A DNA stretch of 64,000 nt from positions 64,001 through 128,000 of the forward strand of contig JBBDYC010000017.1 in NCBI GenBank assembly GCA_040901985.1, given 5' to 3'. This DNA comes from Gemmatimonadaceae bacterium (GTDB taxonomy: Bacteria > Gemmatimonadota > Gemmatimonadetes > Gemmatimonadales > Gemmatimonadaceae). The notes under the pieces are model-generated. The model was not told the DNA's origin, did not search any database, and saw nothing but the letters and a program-made list of their open reading frames with translations. The position numbers were made by a program, and so were the translations under genes. Of this stretch, positions 10,685 through 20,317 are shown piece after piece (positions within the stretch are counted from its first letter, which is position 1; every line of letters starts with the position of its first letter).

Positions 10685-11029
10685 TCAGCGGGAGCCGCCA
10701 TCCGAGGGCTGCGCGGACTGCCCGCGCGCCTGGAGGTTCGCTGAGGGTGGGGACGCCGGCACGATCGGTCGCGGATCCGTTGCGACCGGGGCCGGCTCGG
10801 TGGTCCCGGGGCGCCGTTCCTGGCAGAACGGCACTGCCGCGGGTCCGTCTGGTTCGAGGGCCGAGATGACGACGAAACAGGTGACGGGGGAGAGCGCTGC
10901 ATGCGTCGCGGTGGCGGCCATTCGCGCCTTCTCGCCCGTCAACGCCGGCGGCTGTGCCGGGGACGGGCTCGCGAGGAGCGCCAACCCGACGACAGCCGGA
11001 AGCAGATTGCGGGCAACGACAGACGCCAT
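10685..11029 (-). CDS. Hypothetical small secreted protein
   Basis: Signal peptide (LLPAVVGLALLASPSPAQ); low-complexity tail. Confidence 0.45.
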   Translation of the reverse strand: MASVVARNLLPAVVGLALLASPSPAQPPALTGEKARMAATATHAALSPVTCFVVISALEPDGPAAVPFCQERRPGTTEPAPVATDPRPIVPASPPSANLQARGQSAQPSDGGSR

Positions 11030-11109
11030 CGGCGCGGGTCTCCAAAGGGGCACGAACGGGGGTAATCTGCCGCCCTGCAGAGCCATCCGCAACGCTCGCG
11101 CCCTCCGAC

Positions 11110-11697
11110 CTACGGGCGTCCGGCGGGCGGCAGCATCGTCCCGCAAGGCTCTGTCTGCGGGGGATTCGGGGGTCCGTACCGCCCCTCGACGAGGCGGACC
11201 GCATTCCCGACGATCACGAGCGTGTAGAGGCCGTCATAGTGATGGTCGCAGAGGTTCGCCCGGGTCGGACCGCCGAGCGCAGACAGGTAGGGCATGATCG
11301 TGTTCGAATGCCCGACCACGACGATCGTCTTTCCCGGATGCCGCCGCACCGCCTCCGCGACGACCTGCGCGTGAACGGCCATCGGTCCGAGCGGCAGGAC
11401 CTCGGGCGTCAGCCCGAAGCGCTCGGCGACCGGTCGTGCCGTCTCGCGTGTGCGCGTGGTCGGGGTGTGCATCACTGCACCGACGCGCGCGTTCTTGAGC
11501 AGCTCGGCGAGTGCCTGGGCGCGCGCCGTCCCGATTTCGGTGAGCGGCGGGTCGTTGGCCGGTTCGGCCGCCTTCTCGGCGTGCCGGACGAGGATGACGA
11601 TGGTCGGGGCGCCGGGCGCCGCCTGCGCGACGACTGGCGACGGCGCGGCGGCGAGCAGTGCGGCGAGTAGGCCGAGCGCGAACGAACGGGGGAACAT
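11110..11697 (-). CDS. Secreted histidine phosphatase family protein
   Basis: Signal peptide; LVRHAEK and VVGHSNT motifs. Confidence 0.88.
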   Translation of the reverse strand: MFPRSFALGLLAALLAAAPSPVVAQAAPGAPTIVILVRHAEKAAEPANDPPLTEIGTARAQALAELLKNARVGAVMHTPTTRTRETARPVAERFGLTPEVLPLGPMAVHAQVVAEAVRRHPGKTIVVVGHSNTIMPYLSALGGPTRANLCDHHYDGLYTLVIVGNAVRLVEGRYGPPNPPQTEPCGTMLPPAGRP

Positions 11698-11723
11698 TAC
11701 GACTCCGGGACAATGGGGACCGC

Positions 11724-12080
11724 TCAGGCCGTCGTGATCTGGCCGCGGAAGACGAAGTACACTGCGCCGAGCAGGCAGAGCGCCGCCCAAAGGAAGTCCA
11801 GCTTGAGCGGCTGTTTCATATAGACGACGGCGAACGGGACGAATACGCTGATGGCGATGACCTCCTGCAGCATCTTGAGCTGGCCGAGCGAGAGCACGGT
11901 GTAGCCCATCCGGTTCGCCGGGACCTGCAGGAGGTACTCGAAGAGCGCAATCCCCCAGCTGACGAGGGCGGCGAGGTACCACGCGCGATGCTGCAGGTTC
12001 TTGAGGTGGGCGTACCACGCGAAGGTCATGAACGCGTTGGACGCCACGAGGAGGAGCGTCGTGCGAAGCACGATTGACAT
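11724..12080 (-). CDS. DMT family small membrane protein (DUF486-like)
   Basis: SNAFMTFAWYAHLK, SWGIALFEYLLQVPANR and QEVI motifs. Confidence 0.9.
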   Translation of the reverse strand: MSIVLRTTLLLVASNAFMTFAWYAHLKNLQHRAWYLAALVSWGIALFEYLLQVPANRMGYTVLSLGQLKMLQEVIAISVFVPFAVVYMKQPLKLDFLWAALCLLGAVYFVFRGQITTA

Positions 12081-12140
12081 AAGAGGGGTGCTGCAAGTGT
12101 TGGGGTGGAGGTGGCGCGCCGCCCTCGGCGTCCCGGGAGC

Positions 12141-12334
12141 TTAGGCCCGCCCCGGCCGCCCCGCCACCGTCCCGGCGGCCGTCGCCAGCGCGATCGCCCC
12201 GAAGAGCGTCGTCGCGCTCGTCCCGATCACCAGCGGAATCAGTGACGCAATCATGGTCAGCGTCACCATCATGATCATCCCCGAGCGGTCGAGCGCAGCC
12301 CGGAGCACCTGCGCGCCGCGCAGGCAGCTGGTCG
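12141..12334 (-). repeat. Duplicated 3' end of the RND permease gene (second copy at about 17307-17538)
   Basis: Near-identical DNA encoding LRGAQVLRAALDRSGMIMMVTLT...GTVAG, with a 14-codon internal deletion and a TAA stop. Confidence 0.92.
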
Positions 12335-12431
12335 CCGCAGCGCGGCGACAGAGGGACATCCGTGCTCCAGCGAGGAGAAGAAGCTCAGGTCCGTACGAGT
12401 GGTACGGGAACGAGGAAGTATACTCCGTCCG

Positions 12432-13136
12432 CTACCTGCCTCGAAATGCCAGCTGGTGGCTCAGCGCGAGCTGCCAAGCGGTCTCGCCGCGCGCTCTCCA
12501 GAAGGGAAAGGTCAGCTCGTCTGGGTCGGGAAACGGGACCTGTACGAGCGCCGCGATTGCAAATCCCTCGCCGAAAAGGATTTGAACGCCGGTGCCGATC
12601 TCGATGAAGGAACCGCGCCGACGCCGCGCGCGGTCCTCGAACGTCCAGCGCTCCGATGTCGTGATATGCCGGACGCCAAGAGAGGGGATGATGCGCACGC
12701 GGCCAGGGACGGCAATGGGCAGCGCGACGCCGAGTCCCACCGAAATGTCGGTCGCGTCCCGCGAGCCTCCCACGATCGCGAACCTGTCGGGGCCGAGGAC
12801 GAAATCAACCCGTAGCGCCGGACAGAACCAAAGTCCTTCCGCGGAATCGGCGGGCACGTCCGCCACCAAGCCCAGGCCGACGATCTTCATACTGGCGGCG
12901 AACTCGCGGTCGTAGAGGCTCTCGAGGCTCACCGATCCCACGAGCCGGCGGTGCGCGGCGGCGATTGCCGCGCCCTTTCGGCTGGCGTAGCGGTGTTCGC
13001 CGGTCCAGATCGAACCTCTCGCATATCCCCCGAACACCGGTCCACTGCCGACGCCAAGGCAGTGCTGCGCCGGCAGACTGCCTGCGAATCCCGACACTGC
13101 AAGGAGGACGAGCGCAGCGCGCGCGCAGGCGTTCAC
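12432..13136 (-). CDS. Hypothetical secreted protein, possibly an outer-membrane beta-barrel
   Basis: Signal peptide and alternating hydrophobic strands; overlaps the upstream stop. Confidence 0.6.
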   Translation of the reverse strand: MNACARAALVLLAVSGFAGSLPAQHCLGVGSGPVFGGYARGSIWTGEHRYASRKGAAIAAAHRRLVGSVSLESLYDREFAASMKIVGLGLVADVPADSAEGLWFCPALRVDFVLGPDRFAIVGGSRDATDISVGLGVALPIAVPGRVRIIPSLGVRHITTSERWTFEDRARRRRGSFIEIGTGVQILFGEGFAIAALVQVPFPDPDELTFPFWRARGETAWQLALSHQLAFRGR

Positions 13137-13858
13137 GACGGAGGGATTACATACGATCGGACGAGCACGCTCCCGCCGGGATTAAGGTAGCTAAGGGTTA
13201 CGGTGTCCCCGGGCGCGTACTGCACAACCCCATCGCCGACGACAGGGCTGCCCGGCTCCAGTGGAATCGCGGCCGCGAGTTCAGCCTGAACTGCATTCAG
13301 CCACTCAGGGCCGCACTCTACGCATCCGGGACCTTCGAGCCCTGCGTTCGAAACCTCGGCCCAGTCAAGCAACTGTTGTCGGCGCGCCATCAAGCCGCTC
13401 GGCGCGGGGAAGATGACCACAGCCCAATCCGGACTGAACTCACTGACATAGCTGAATCGGCCACCGATGTCGACAACCCGCGTCTCAAGTTCCGTCACGT
13501 TGACGCCTGGCCTCGTGACCAACACAAGCGAATGGCACGCGTAGAGCGGCAACGCGCGATGGGGCGGACACCACAGTCTGTAGAGCGCGACCGATTCGGA
13601 ATCGCCAGCCGATGTCGCAATCTTCATCCCTACGCGCCCGCGACGCGGAAGCCGAAAGCTCGGATCGGCCGGGCTCGCAGTGATTTCCACAACGCCTTGC
13701 GTTCTCGGCCAGAGAAAGGCGCGCGCGTCCGACAGTTCCGGATTCACGTTGCGGAGCGGCTCAAGCGAGTCGCACGCGCCGAGCAGAAGGGCAGTTGCGG
13801 CAATGCCAAACCAGCCAGCGCGCCGCCGGTCGCCCTCAGTCCGACCCAGGCCGCTCAT
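13133..13858 (-). CDS. Hypothetical lipoprotein with a possible subtilase-propeptide-like domain
   Basis: Lipobox LGAC; ATG starts 5 nt after the S8 stop. Confidence 0.65.
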   Translation of the reverse strand: MSGLGRTEGDRRRAGWFGIAATALLLGACDSLEPLRNVNPELSDARAFLWPRTQGVVEITASPADPSFRLPRRGRVGMKIATSAGDSESVALYRLWCPPHRALPLYACHSLVLVTRPGVNVTELETRVVDIGGRFSYVSEFSPDWAVVIFPAPSGLMARRQQLLDWAEVSNAGLEGPGCVECGPEWLNAVQAELAAAIPLEPGSPVVGDGVVQYAPGDTVTLSYLNPGGSVLVRSYVIPPS

Positions 13859-15602
13859 CGCTGTCACTTCGGCGTGCCCTCGTCCGGCGACCTCAAACAG
13901 ACGAGTGGAGCGCACGGGTTGCTTGTCTCGTTTATGACCTGAATCATATCGCCTCCGACAAGCGTCCCCGACGTCACTTCGAGTCGAAGCCAGAACGGCG
14001 ATGCCGTCCCCTCGTCCACCAGCATCTGTACGCTTGTGGCGCCCTTGAGCGACGTAAAGGGCCCCGTGCTCGCTAGCGCCCAACTCCACGCATACACGTA
14101 TCCGCCGGTACCCCCGGAGACGTTTGAGTTCCACGTGTAGTACCCCGGCGTGAAAATCACATCGGCACCCGTGATCGCGACAAAGACGGGAGGAGGGGGA
14201 GGGTATGCGGCCGCAGCGACGTCCACCCTACCCGCTCCGAACTGTTCCGCGCTTCCCAAGTTCACTGCGTATGTCTTCAGTTGGTCGCGCACCTGTGAGG
14301 CCGTGAGTGTTAGATGGCGCGACCAGACGAGTGCGGCCGCGCCGGATACGAAGGCAGCCGCCCCCGACGTTCCGCAGTCGCTACCGTATGTTCCGCCCGA
14401 AGTCAGGCTCGTCGCAAAGTGCGGTGCCGAAATTTCAATTTGCGGTCCGTACCGCGATCCCTTCGCGCAGTCGAGTTGTTCTTGCGGTGGACATTCGGGG
14501 GCGGGGATCTCCGTGTCGCACCCATCTGGGAGGGGCGGAGGGGATGAACCCCCGGTCACCGTCGGTGGCCAAGCGAACGCATCAGTTGCAGTTACTCCGG
14601 AGACAGCCATCACCTCCGGGTAGCGTGCTGGGTACTTAACATCCGTGGTTCCGAGGTTCCCAATCGATCCGCAGTCGTTGACGTTCGCCCACGCGTTCCC
14701 TGCGGCCGCGACGATGAGGATTCCCGTATTCGCAGCCGTTTGGAGTAAGCTACGGACATCTGAATAGTGCGAGCACCACCCTAAGCTGATGTTCACGACG
14801 TGTCTCGGGTGACCGAGCTGAATCGCCCAATCCAGCGCTGCCATCAGGGCCGAGGGTTTGCAGTCGTTTCCACTCCTGCAGATCTTAATCGAAGTGAAAC
14901 TCTGCAACGAATGCGCCACGCCAATGACGCCTTGGTCATTGTTTTCAGCGGCAATGATTCCCCCCATGAACGCGCCGTGATGCCCGTCGTTGGCGTAGCA
15001 GTGGGGCCCTTGGTCCGGATCGACCGACTGGATTGTATACAGGCAAGACCCGATTGGCACGGGACCATCACCATAGAGGAGGTGTACCGCGTCGAGACCA
15101 GAATCAATGATGGTTACGTGAACATTCTGGCCGCTGGTCGATGGCCCGAGTGAGCCGTTCCAGACATCCGGTGCCCGGATCTTGAACACGCCCCAAGCCG
15201 TGTCCTGCAAGGGAACGGTGGAGTGCAGTATCGAGGACTCGACGCTGCCAACGGCATCCGCCGCGACGTAGTCGACCACTGGCAGCGCCCGCAACATCCG
15301 AACCTGGCTTGCGGAAATCCGGGCCGCCACGCTGCTCGAGTAGCGGAAGCTCGCGTACGGCTCAATCCCTGCGGCCCGAAGTGCGTTCCTCGCGGCGAGC
15401 GCTTCCGCCCGGCTGATCGATGCACGCACGCGCGCGACGGACGAGCGCGGGGCGGTGGGGGATTTTAGACCAATCAAGACGAATCCCCCCGCGCGCTCCA
15501 CCTCGCGTTCCAATTCGTCGTCCGTGGGCTCACCGGCAGGGTCGTACTCGTCGAATCGGTACTCGGGAACTACGTCAATCAGCTCCGGGAACGCGGGTAG
15601 GG

Positions 15603-17009
15603 GGGTAAGTCCCAAATCTAGTTGAAAAAGCAGGTGGTGCCTCCATACTAGGGCGTGAATCCCGGCAAGGATTTCCGCACCCATACAGAGGACACCACCC
15701 ATGCGTAGAGTACGATCGCAGCCCGTCGCTCGCCAGTCGGCCCCAGTCCTGGATGCACCGAGTCCCGTGCCGCTCGATGACGGCAGCGTCACCGTGGCGA
15801 TGATCCAGGCGCTCATTCCCCTCGGCCTCCGCGCCGTGGAGGACGCGTTGCAGCAGGAGGTCCGCGCGTTGGCCGGCGCGCGGTACGCGCGCGACGACGG
15901 CCGCCCCGGCATCAGCCGCTGGGGCACGCAGCCGGGCTCGATCTTTCTCGCGGATCAGAAGCTCGCGCTCGAGGTGCCGCGGGTGCGCGACCGGATTGCG
16001 CGCCACGAGGTGCCGTTGCCGACCTACCAGCAGTTGCAGACACCCCGGGCGCAGGATGTCGGGCTCTTCCGTCGCGTGCTCGGCGGCCTCTCGTGTCGCG
16101 AGTACGAGGCCGCGGCGGAAGCGGTGCCGGAGGCGTTCGGGCTCGCGCGCTCGAGTGTGTCGCGCCGCTTCATCCGCGCGAGTGCGCACGAGTTGCGACG
16201 CCTCCAAGAGCGGCGACTCGACGATGCCGAGTGGCTCGTGCTGGTGCTCGACGGCAAGACGTTCGCGGGCGATCAGCTCGTCGTCGCGCTCGGCGTGACG
16301 ACGACGGGCGAGAAGAAGATCCTCGGGCTCGTCCAGACCGCGAGCGAGAACAAGCGCGTCCTCGCGGCGTTCCTCCGGGAGCTCGGCGAGCGCGGCTTCC
16401 CGCTCGACCGGCCGCTCTTGGTCGTGCTCGATGGGGCGAGGGGGCTGCGCGCGGCGGTGCGCGAGGTGTACGGCGAGGTCCCGGTGCAGCGCTGTCAGTG
16501 GCACAAGCGCGAGAATGTGGTGAGCTACCTCGCCAAGCAGGACCAGCCGACGTGGCGCCGCAAGCTCCAGGCGGCGTACGCGCACCCCACGTATGCGGAA
16601 GCCAAGCGCGCCCTGGACCGCCTCCACCGCGAGTTGCAACTGCGGAATGCATCCGCGGCGGCCAGCCTGGCGGAAGGACTGGAGGAGACGCTGACGCTGC
16701 ATCGGCTGGGCGTCTTTCCCGCGCTCGGCGTGAGCTTCAAGACGACGAACCTGATCGAGAGCGTGATGGCGCGCCTCGAGGCGAAGACCCGCCGGGTCAC
16801 GCGGTGGCGCACCAGCGACCAGAAGCTGCGCTGGTGCGCGTCGGCGCTCTGGGCAACGGAGCGGCAGTTTCGCCGTGTGAAAGGTCATCGCCAGCTGCCC
16901 TTGCTCAAGCAGGCCCTCCACGCCACACTCTCTCGCACGATCCCCGCAGCGGCGTAAGCCGCATCTCCGGCGGCATCATCTGCTTTTCAACTAGACCTGG
17001 GACAGACTC
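15603..17009 (+). mobile_element. IS256-family insertion sequence
   Basis: Imperfect ~39-bp inverted ends (GGGTAAGTCCCAAATCTAGTTGAAAAAGCAGG / GAGTCTGTCCCAGGTCTAGTTGAAAAGCAGA); 9-bp duplication CGGGTAGGG at 15594-15602 and 17010-17018. Confidence 0.95.
15701..16957 (+). CDS. IS256 (mutator-type) DDE transposase, intact
   Basis: LVLDG, VVLDG, QRCQWHK and TTNLIES motifs. Confidence 0.95.
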   Translation: MRRVRSQPVARQSAPVLDAPSPVPLDDGSVTVAMIQALIPLGLRAVEDALQQEVRALAGARYARDDGRPGISRWGTQPGSIFLADQKLALEVPRVRDRIARHEVPLPTYQQLQTPRAQDVGLFRRVLGGLSCREYEAAAEAVPEAFGLARSSVSRRFIRASAHELRRLQERRLDDAEWLVLVLDGKTFAGDQLVVALGVTTTGEKKILGLVQTASENKRVLAAFLRELGERGFPLDRPLLVVLDGARGLRAAVREVYGEVPVQRCQWHKRENVVSYLAKQDQPTWRRKLQAAYAHPTYAEAKRALDRLHRELQLRNASAAASLAEGLEETLTLHRLGVFPALGVSFKTTNLIESVMARLEAKTRRVTRWRTSDQKLRWCASALWATERQFRRVKGHRQLPLLKQALHATLSRTIPAAA

Positions 17010-17248
17010 CGGGTAGGGCGCCAGGGTTAGTGCTCCCAGTAGTCTCCACCGCTGCTCCCACTTGGCCAGGATTCGTGGGGACATCGTGGCACGCGAGTGC
17101 GAGAACTGCTAGGAGTACGAACGAGGCTCGCGAAGTAGCCGCAATCCGAAATGCGGGGGGGGGGCGGGACGCGGGGCAACATAAGTGGACTCTCCTCAAG
17201 CGGAGGGGGAAAATCAGATCAGTACGACAACGTCGCAAACTCGGCGCA

Positions 17249-20200
17249 TCATATAGTCTTTGCGACGCAGGAGACTGTCAATAGCGCATCGCTCCGCCCG
17301 ATTCCAGCCCGCCCCCGCCGCCCCGCCAGCATCGCCGGCAGGACCAGCATCGCCCCCACCGTCCCCGCCACGGTCCCGCCAGCCGTCGCCAGCGCAATCG
17401 CCCCAAAGAGCGTCGTCGCGCTCGTCCCGATCGCCAGCGGAATCAGTGACGCAATCGTGGTCAGCGTCACCATCATGATCATCCCCGAGCGGTCGAGCGC
17501 CGCCCGGAGCACCTGCGCGCCGCGCAGGCGGCCGGTCGGCGAGGCGCGACGCTTCTCCAGCGCCGCGTCCACCAGCAGGATCGCCTGGTTCACGGCCAGC
17601 CCCACGACGAGGATCACCCCGACCGCGGCCTCGCGCGTGAACGCCGCGTCGGCCCACCAGAACGCGGCCATCACCCCGGCCAGCGCCAGCGGCAGCGCGG
17701 CGAACACCATGGCCGCACCCCACATCGAGTCGAACACCATCGCCACCGCCAGGATCACCAGCGTGACGCCGATCGCGAAGACCAGCCAAAGCCCACGCTG
17801 GCTCGTGTCCTGCTCGCGCTGGAAGTCGCTTGCGTCCTGCACGGTGAATCCCGGCGGCACGGCGATGCTCTGCATGAACGCCTCGTGGGTCCGCGTCGCC
17901 AGTCGGTTCGGCCCGCGGAACTCGTACGCCACCACGCGCAGGTACTGCTGGTCCTCGCGCGTGATTGTCGCCAGCTGCTCGCGCTCGTCCACCCGCGAGA
18001 GGTCGGCAATCCGCACCGGCGTCCCGCGCGACGTCGGCACGAGCGCGTCGCGCAGCTCGTCGAGCGACCGTTCGCGGGCGCCCTGCGCCTTCACCGAGAT
18101 CGGGATCTCCTCGCCGCCGATCTCCAGTTGCTGGCCACCCACCGGGCCCCGCACCTCGCGCCCCACCGCCTGCGTGAACTGCAGCGCGGTCACGCCGTAG
18201 CGCGCCAGCGCGTCGCGGTCGGGGTCGAGTGTCACCGCGAACGCGCGGTCGCCGCCGAAGAAGCTCCCGCTCGTCACAATCGCATTCCGCACCCGGTTGA
18301 TCCGCTCCAGCCGCGACCGGATGTCCTCGGCGAGCGCCTCGACTGCCGAATAGGAGTAGCCGAGCACGCGGATGCGGAACGTGCTCATTGTGCCGATCCC
18401 GCCGCCGGAGCTGAAGGCCGGCCCCTGCCCGTAGACGCTGATCCCCGCGCCACCGATATAGACGGCGCGCGCGGTCAGCTCCTCCTGCAGTTGCAGCGGC
18501 AGTGCGCCGCCCTCGGCCTCCGGCCTGAACGAGACGCGCATCCCGGCGCCGAACACGCCGCGGCTCTGCGCAATCACCTCCTCCACCCCGGCGCGCCCGA
18601 CTGCGACGGCCTCCATCTCGCGCATCGCCGCGTCGAGACTCGCCGGGTCCGACCCGCGCGGAAAGTTGATGTTCACCGACACGGTGTTCCGCTGCACGCC
18701 GAATCCGCTGAACGAGAAGCGCGGCACTTTCTTCACGAATGCGTACGACAGGCCGCTCACCGCAGCGACGGCGAGGACGATTGTCGCCCACCGCCACCGT
18801 AGCGCCTTGGCGAGCACCCAGCCGTAACCGCGCTGCGCCCGAGGCCAATGCGTCTCCCGCAGGCCGTGGCCCGCCGCGAGCGCGGGTATCATCACCAACG
18901 CAGAGATTACCGAGCACCCGAGCGCGAGCGTGAACGCCGCCGCGAACGGGAAGAAGGCCGCCCGCGCATTCCCCTGGAGATACAGGAACGGGAAGAGCAC
19001 CACCGCCGTCGTCAGCGTCGCCCCGAGCACCGCCGGCGCCATCCGCTCCGCCACCTCGGCGCGCCCGACCGGCGTGTCCGCCGAGCCGCGCAGCCGCTCC
19101 ACGATCACCAGGCCGTTCTGCACCAGCACGCCAATCCCCATCCCGAGGCCGGCCAACGTCAGCATGTTCGCCGGGATCTCGAGCAGGAAGAGCCCAAGCG
19201 CCGTCCCGAAGATCGCCAGCGCCGCGCTCCCCATCACCAGCGCCACCGCGCGCCAGTTGCGAAGGGCGACCGCCAACACGAGCGACACGGCAAGGAAGGC
19301 GATCGCACCGCGAAGGAAGAGGTCGTTCAACTGCCGCTCGAGCTCGATTGACTCGTCGGCGGTGATCCGCCAACGCACGCCGGCCGGGAGTTCGTCGGCG
19401 AGGTCGGCGAGCGCCCCGCGCACCGCCTTGGCGGTCTTGATCGCATCGGAACCGGCCTCGCGCGCCACGGTCAGCGCCAACGCGGTGTTCCCGTTGACGC
19501 GGAAGAACATCCCGCGCGAGTCCTCCTCCGGCCGCACCTGCGCCAGTTCGCCGAGCCGGAAGACGCGGCCGCCGCGGCCGGCGATCGGCAGGTGCTCGAG
19601 TTCGACGAGCGCGCCCGGCTGATCGCGCAGCACGACCTCGCGCTTGCTCGCCCCGAGCCGCTCGGTGCCGAGCGACTGCACCACGCGCGCCTCGCGGATC
19701 GCGTTGGCCAGCGCCTGCGGCTCGACGCCGACCTGGCGGAGGAGCCGCGGATCGTACGACACGCTCGCGCCGAACTCGGTGCCGCCGCCGATCTGCACGC
19801 CCGACACGCCCGGCACGGCGCTCACGCGCGGCGTCAGGATGTCGTCGGCGATGCGCTGCAGGGCGCCCGGCGTGTATGGCCCATTGAGGAGGATCCGCAG
19901 CAGCGGCGGTTCCTCCAACTCGGCCGGCACGAGGTTTCCCACCTGCGGCGCCGTGGCGCCGATCGGGAACTCGGGACGCAGCAGCTCGAGCCGCTCGAGG
20001 ATCGCCAGTCGCGTGATCTGCACGTCCACGTTCGGGTCGAGCTCGATGGTCAGGCGCGCCGTGCCGTCGCGGGAGTCGCTGCTCGTCTTGCGCACGCCGC
20101 GCACTCCCTGCGCCGCCGCCTCGATCGGCGACGCGATGTACATCTCCACCAGCTCGGCCGACGCGCCGGCCCAGCCGGCCGTGACCTGCAGGCGCGGCAA

Positions 20201-20317
20201 CTCGACCGTCGTGCGTGTCGCCAGGGCGAGCCGCGTGAACGACACCGCGCCGCCGAGCACGAGGGCGACCGCGATCGCCCAGATCACCGCCGGCCGGCTC
20301 ACCGCCCAGCGGATCAC
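17249..20317 (-). CDS. RND efflux permease (AcrB/MdtB-like), second subunit
   Basis: 1022 aa with the 1+5+1+5 TM pattern; PIEAA and TLTTAVVLFP. Confidence 0.93.
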   Translation of the reverse strand: MIRWAVSRPAVIWAIAVALVLGGAVSFTRLALATRTTVELPRLQVTAGWAGASAELVEMYIASPIEAAAQGVRGVRKTSSDSRDGTARLTIELDPNVDVQITRLAILERLELLRPEFPIGATAPQVGNLVPAELEEPPLLRILLNGPYTPGALQRIADDILTPRVSAVPGVSGVQIGGGTEFGASVSYDPRLLRQVGVEPQALANAIREARVVQSLGTERLGASKREVVLRDQPGALVELEHLPIAGRGGRVFRLGELAQVRPEEDSRGMFFRVNGNTALALTVAREAGSDAIKTAKAVRGALADLADELPAGVRWRITADESIELERQLNDLFLRGAIAFLAVSLVLAVALRNWRAVALVMGSAALAIFGTALGLFLLEIPANMLTLAGLGMGIGVLVQNGLVIVERLRGSADTPVGRAEVAERMAPAVLGATLTTAVVLFPFLYLQGNARAAFFPFAAAFTLALGCSVISALVMIPALAAGHGLRETHWPRAQRGYGWVLAKALRWRWATIVLAVAAVSGLSYAFVKKVPRFSFSGFGVQRNTVSVNINFPRGSDPASLDAAMREMEAVAVGRAGVEEVIAQSRGVFGAGMRVSFRPEAEGGALPLQLQEELTARAVYIGGAGISVYGQGPAFSSGGGIGTMSTFRIRVLGYSYSAVEALAEDIRSRLERINRVRNAIVTSGSFFGGDRAFAVTLDPDRDALARYGVTALQFTQAVGREVRGPVGGQQLEIGGEEIPISVKAQGARERSLDELRDALVPTSRGTPVRIADLSRVDEREQLATITREDQQYLRVVAYEFRGPNRLATRTHEAFMQSIAVPPGFTVQDASDFQREQDTSQRGLWLVFAIGVTLVILAVAMVFDSMWGAAMVFAALPLALAGVMAAFWWADAAFTREAAVGVILVVGLAVNQAILLVDAALEKRRASPTGRLRGAQVLRAALDRSGMIMMVTLTTIASLIPLAIGTSATTLFGAIALATAGGTVAGTVGAMLVLPAMLAGRRGRAGIGRSDALLTVSCVAKTI

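Larger units (their letters stand above)
13864..17182 (-). pseudogene. S8 subtilisin-like serine protease lipoprotein with C-terminal PKD-like domain, interrupted by IS256 and a G10 frameshift
   Basis: Catalytic IIDSG, HHG, AAAGN and GTSG; removing the IS and one target duplication rejoins LALAC...NPGALP with AFPELID in frame. Confidence 0.9.

Noticed and set aside
15603..15927. N-terminus of the 687-aa S8 ORF as given in the track
   Set aside because: It is IS256 sequence read in antisense; the real N-terminus lies at 17010-17182
15575..16921. 448-aa ORF antisense to the IS256 transposase
   Set aside because: Shadow ORF of high-GC coding DNA with no motifs
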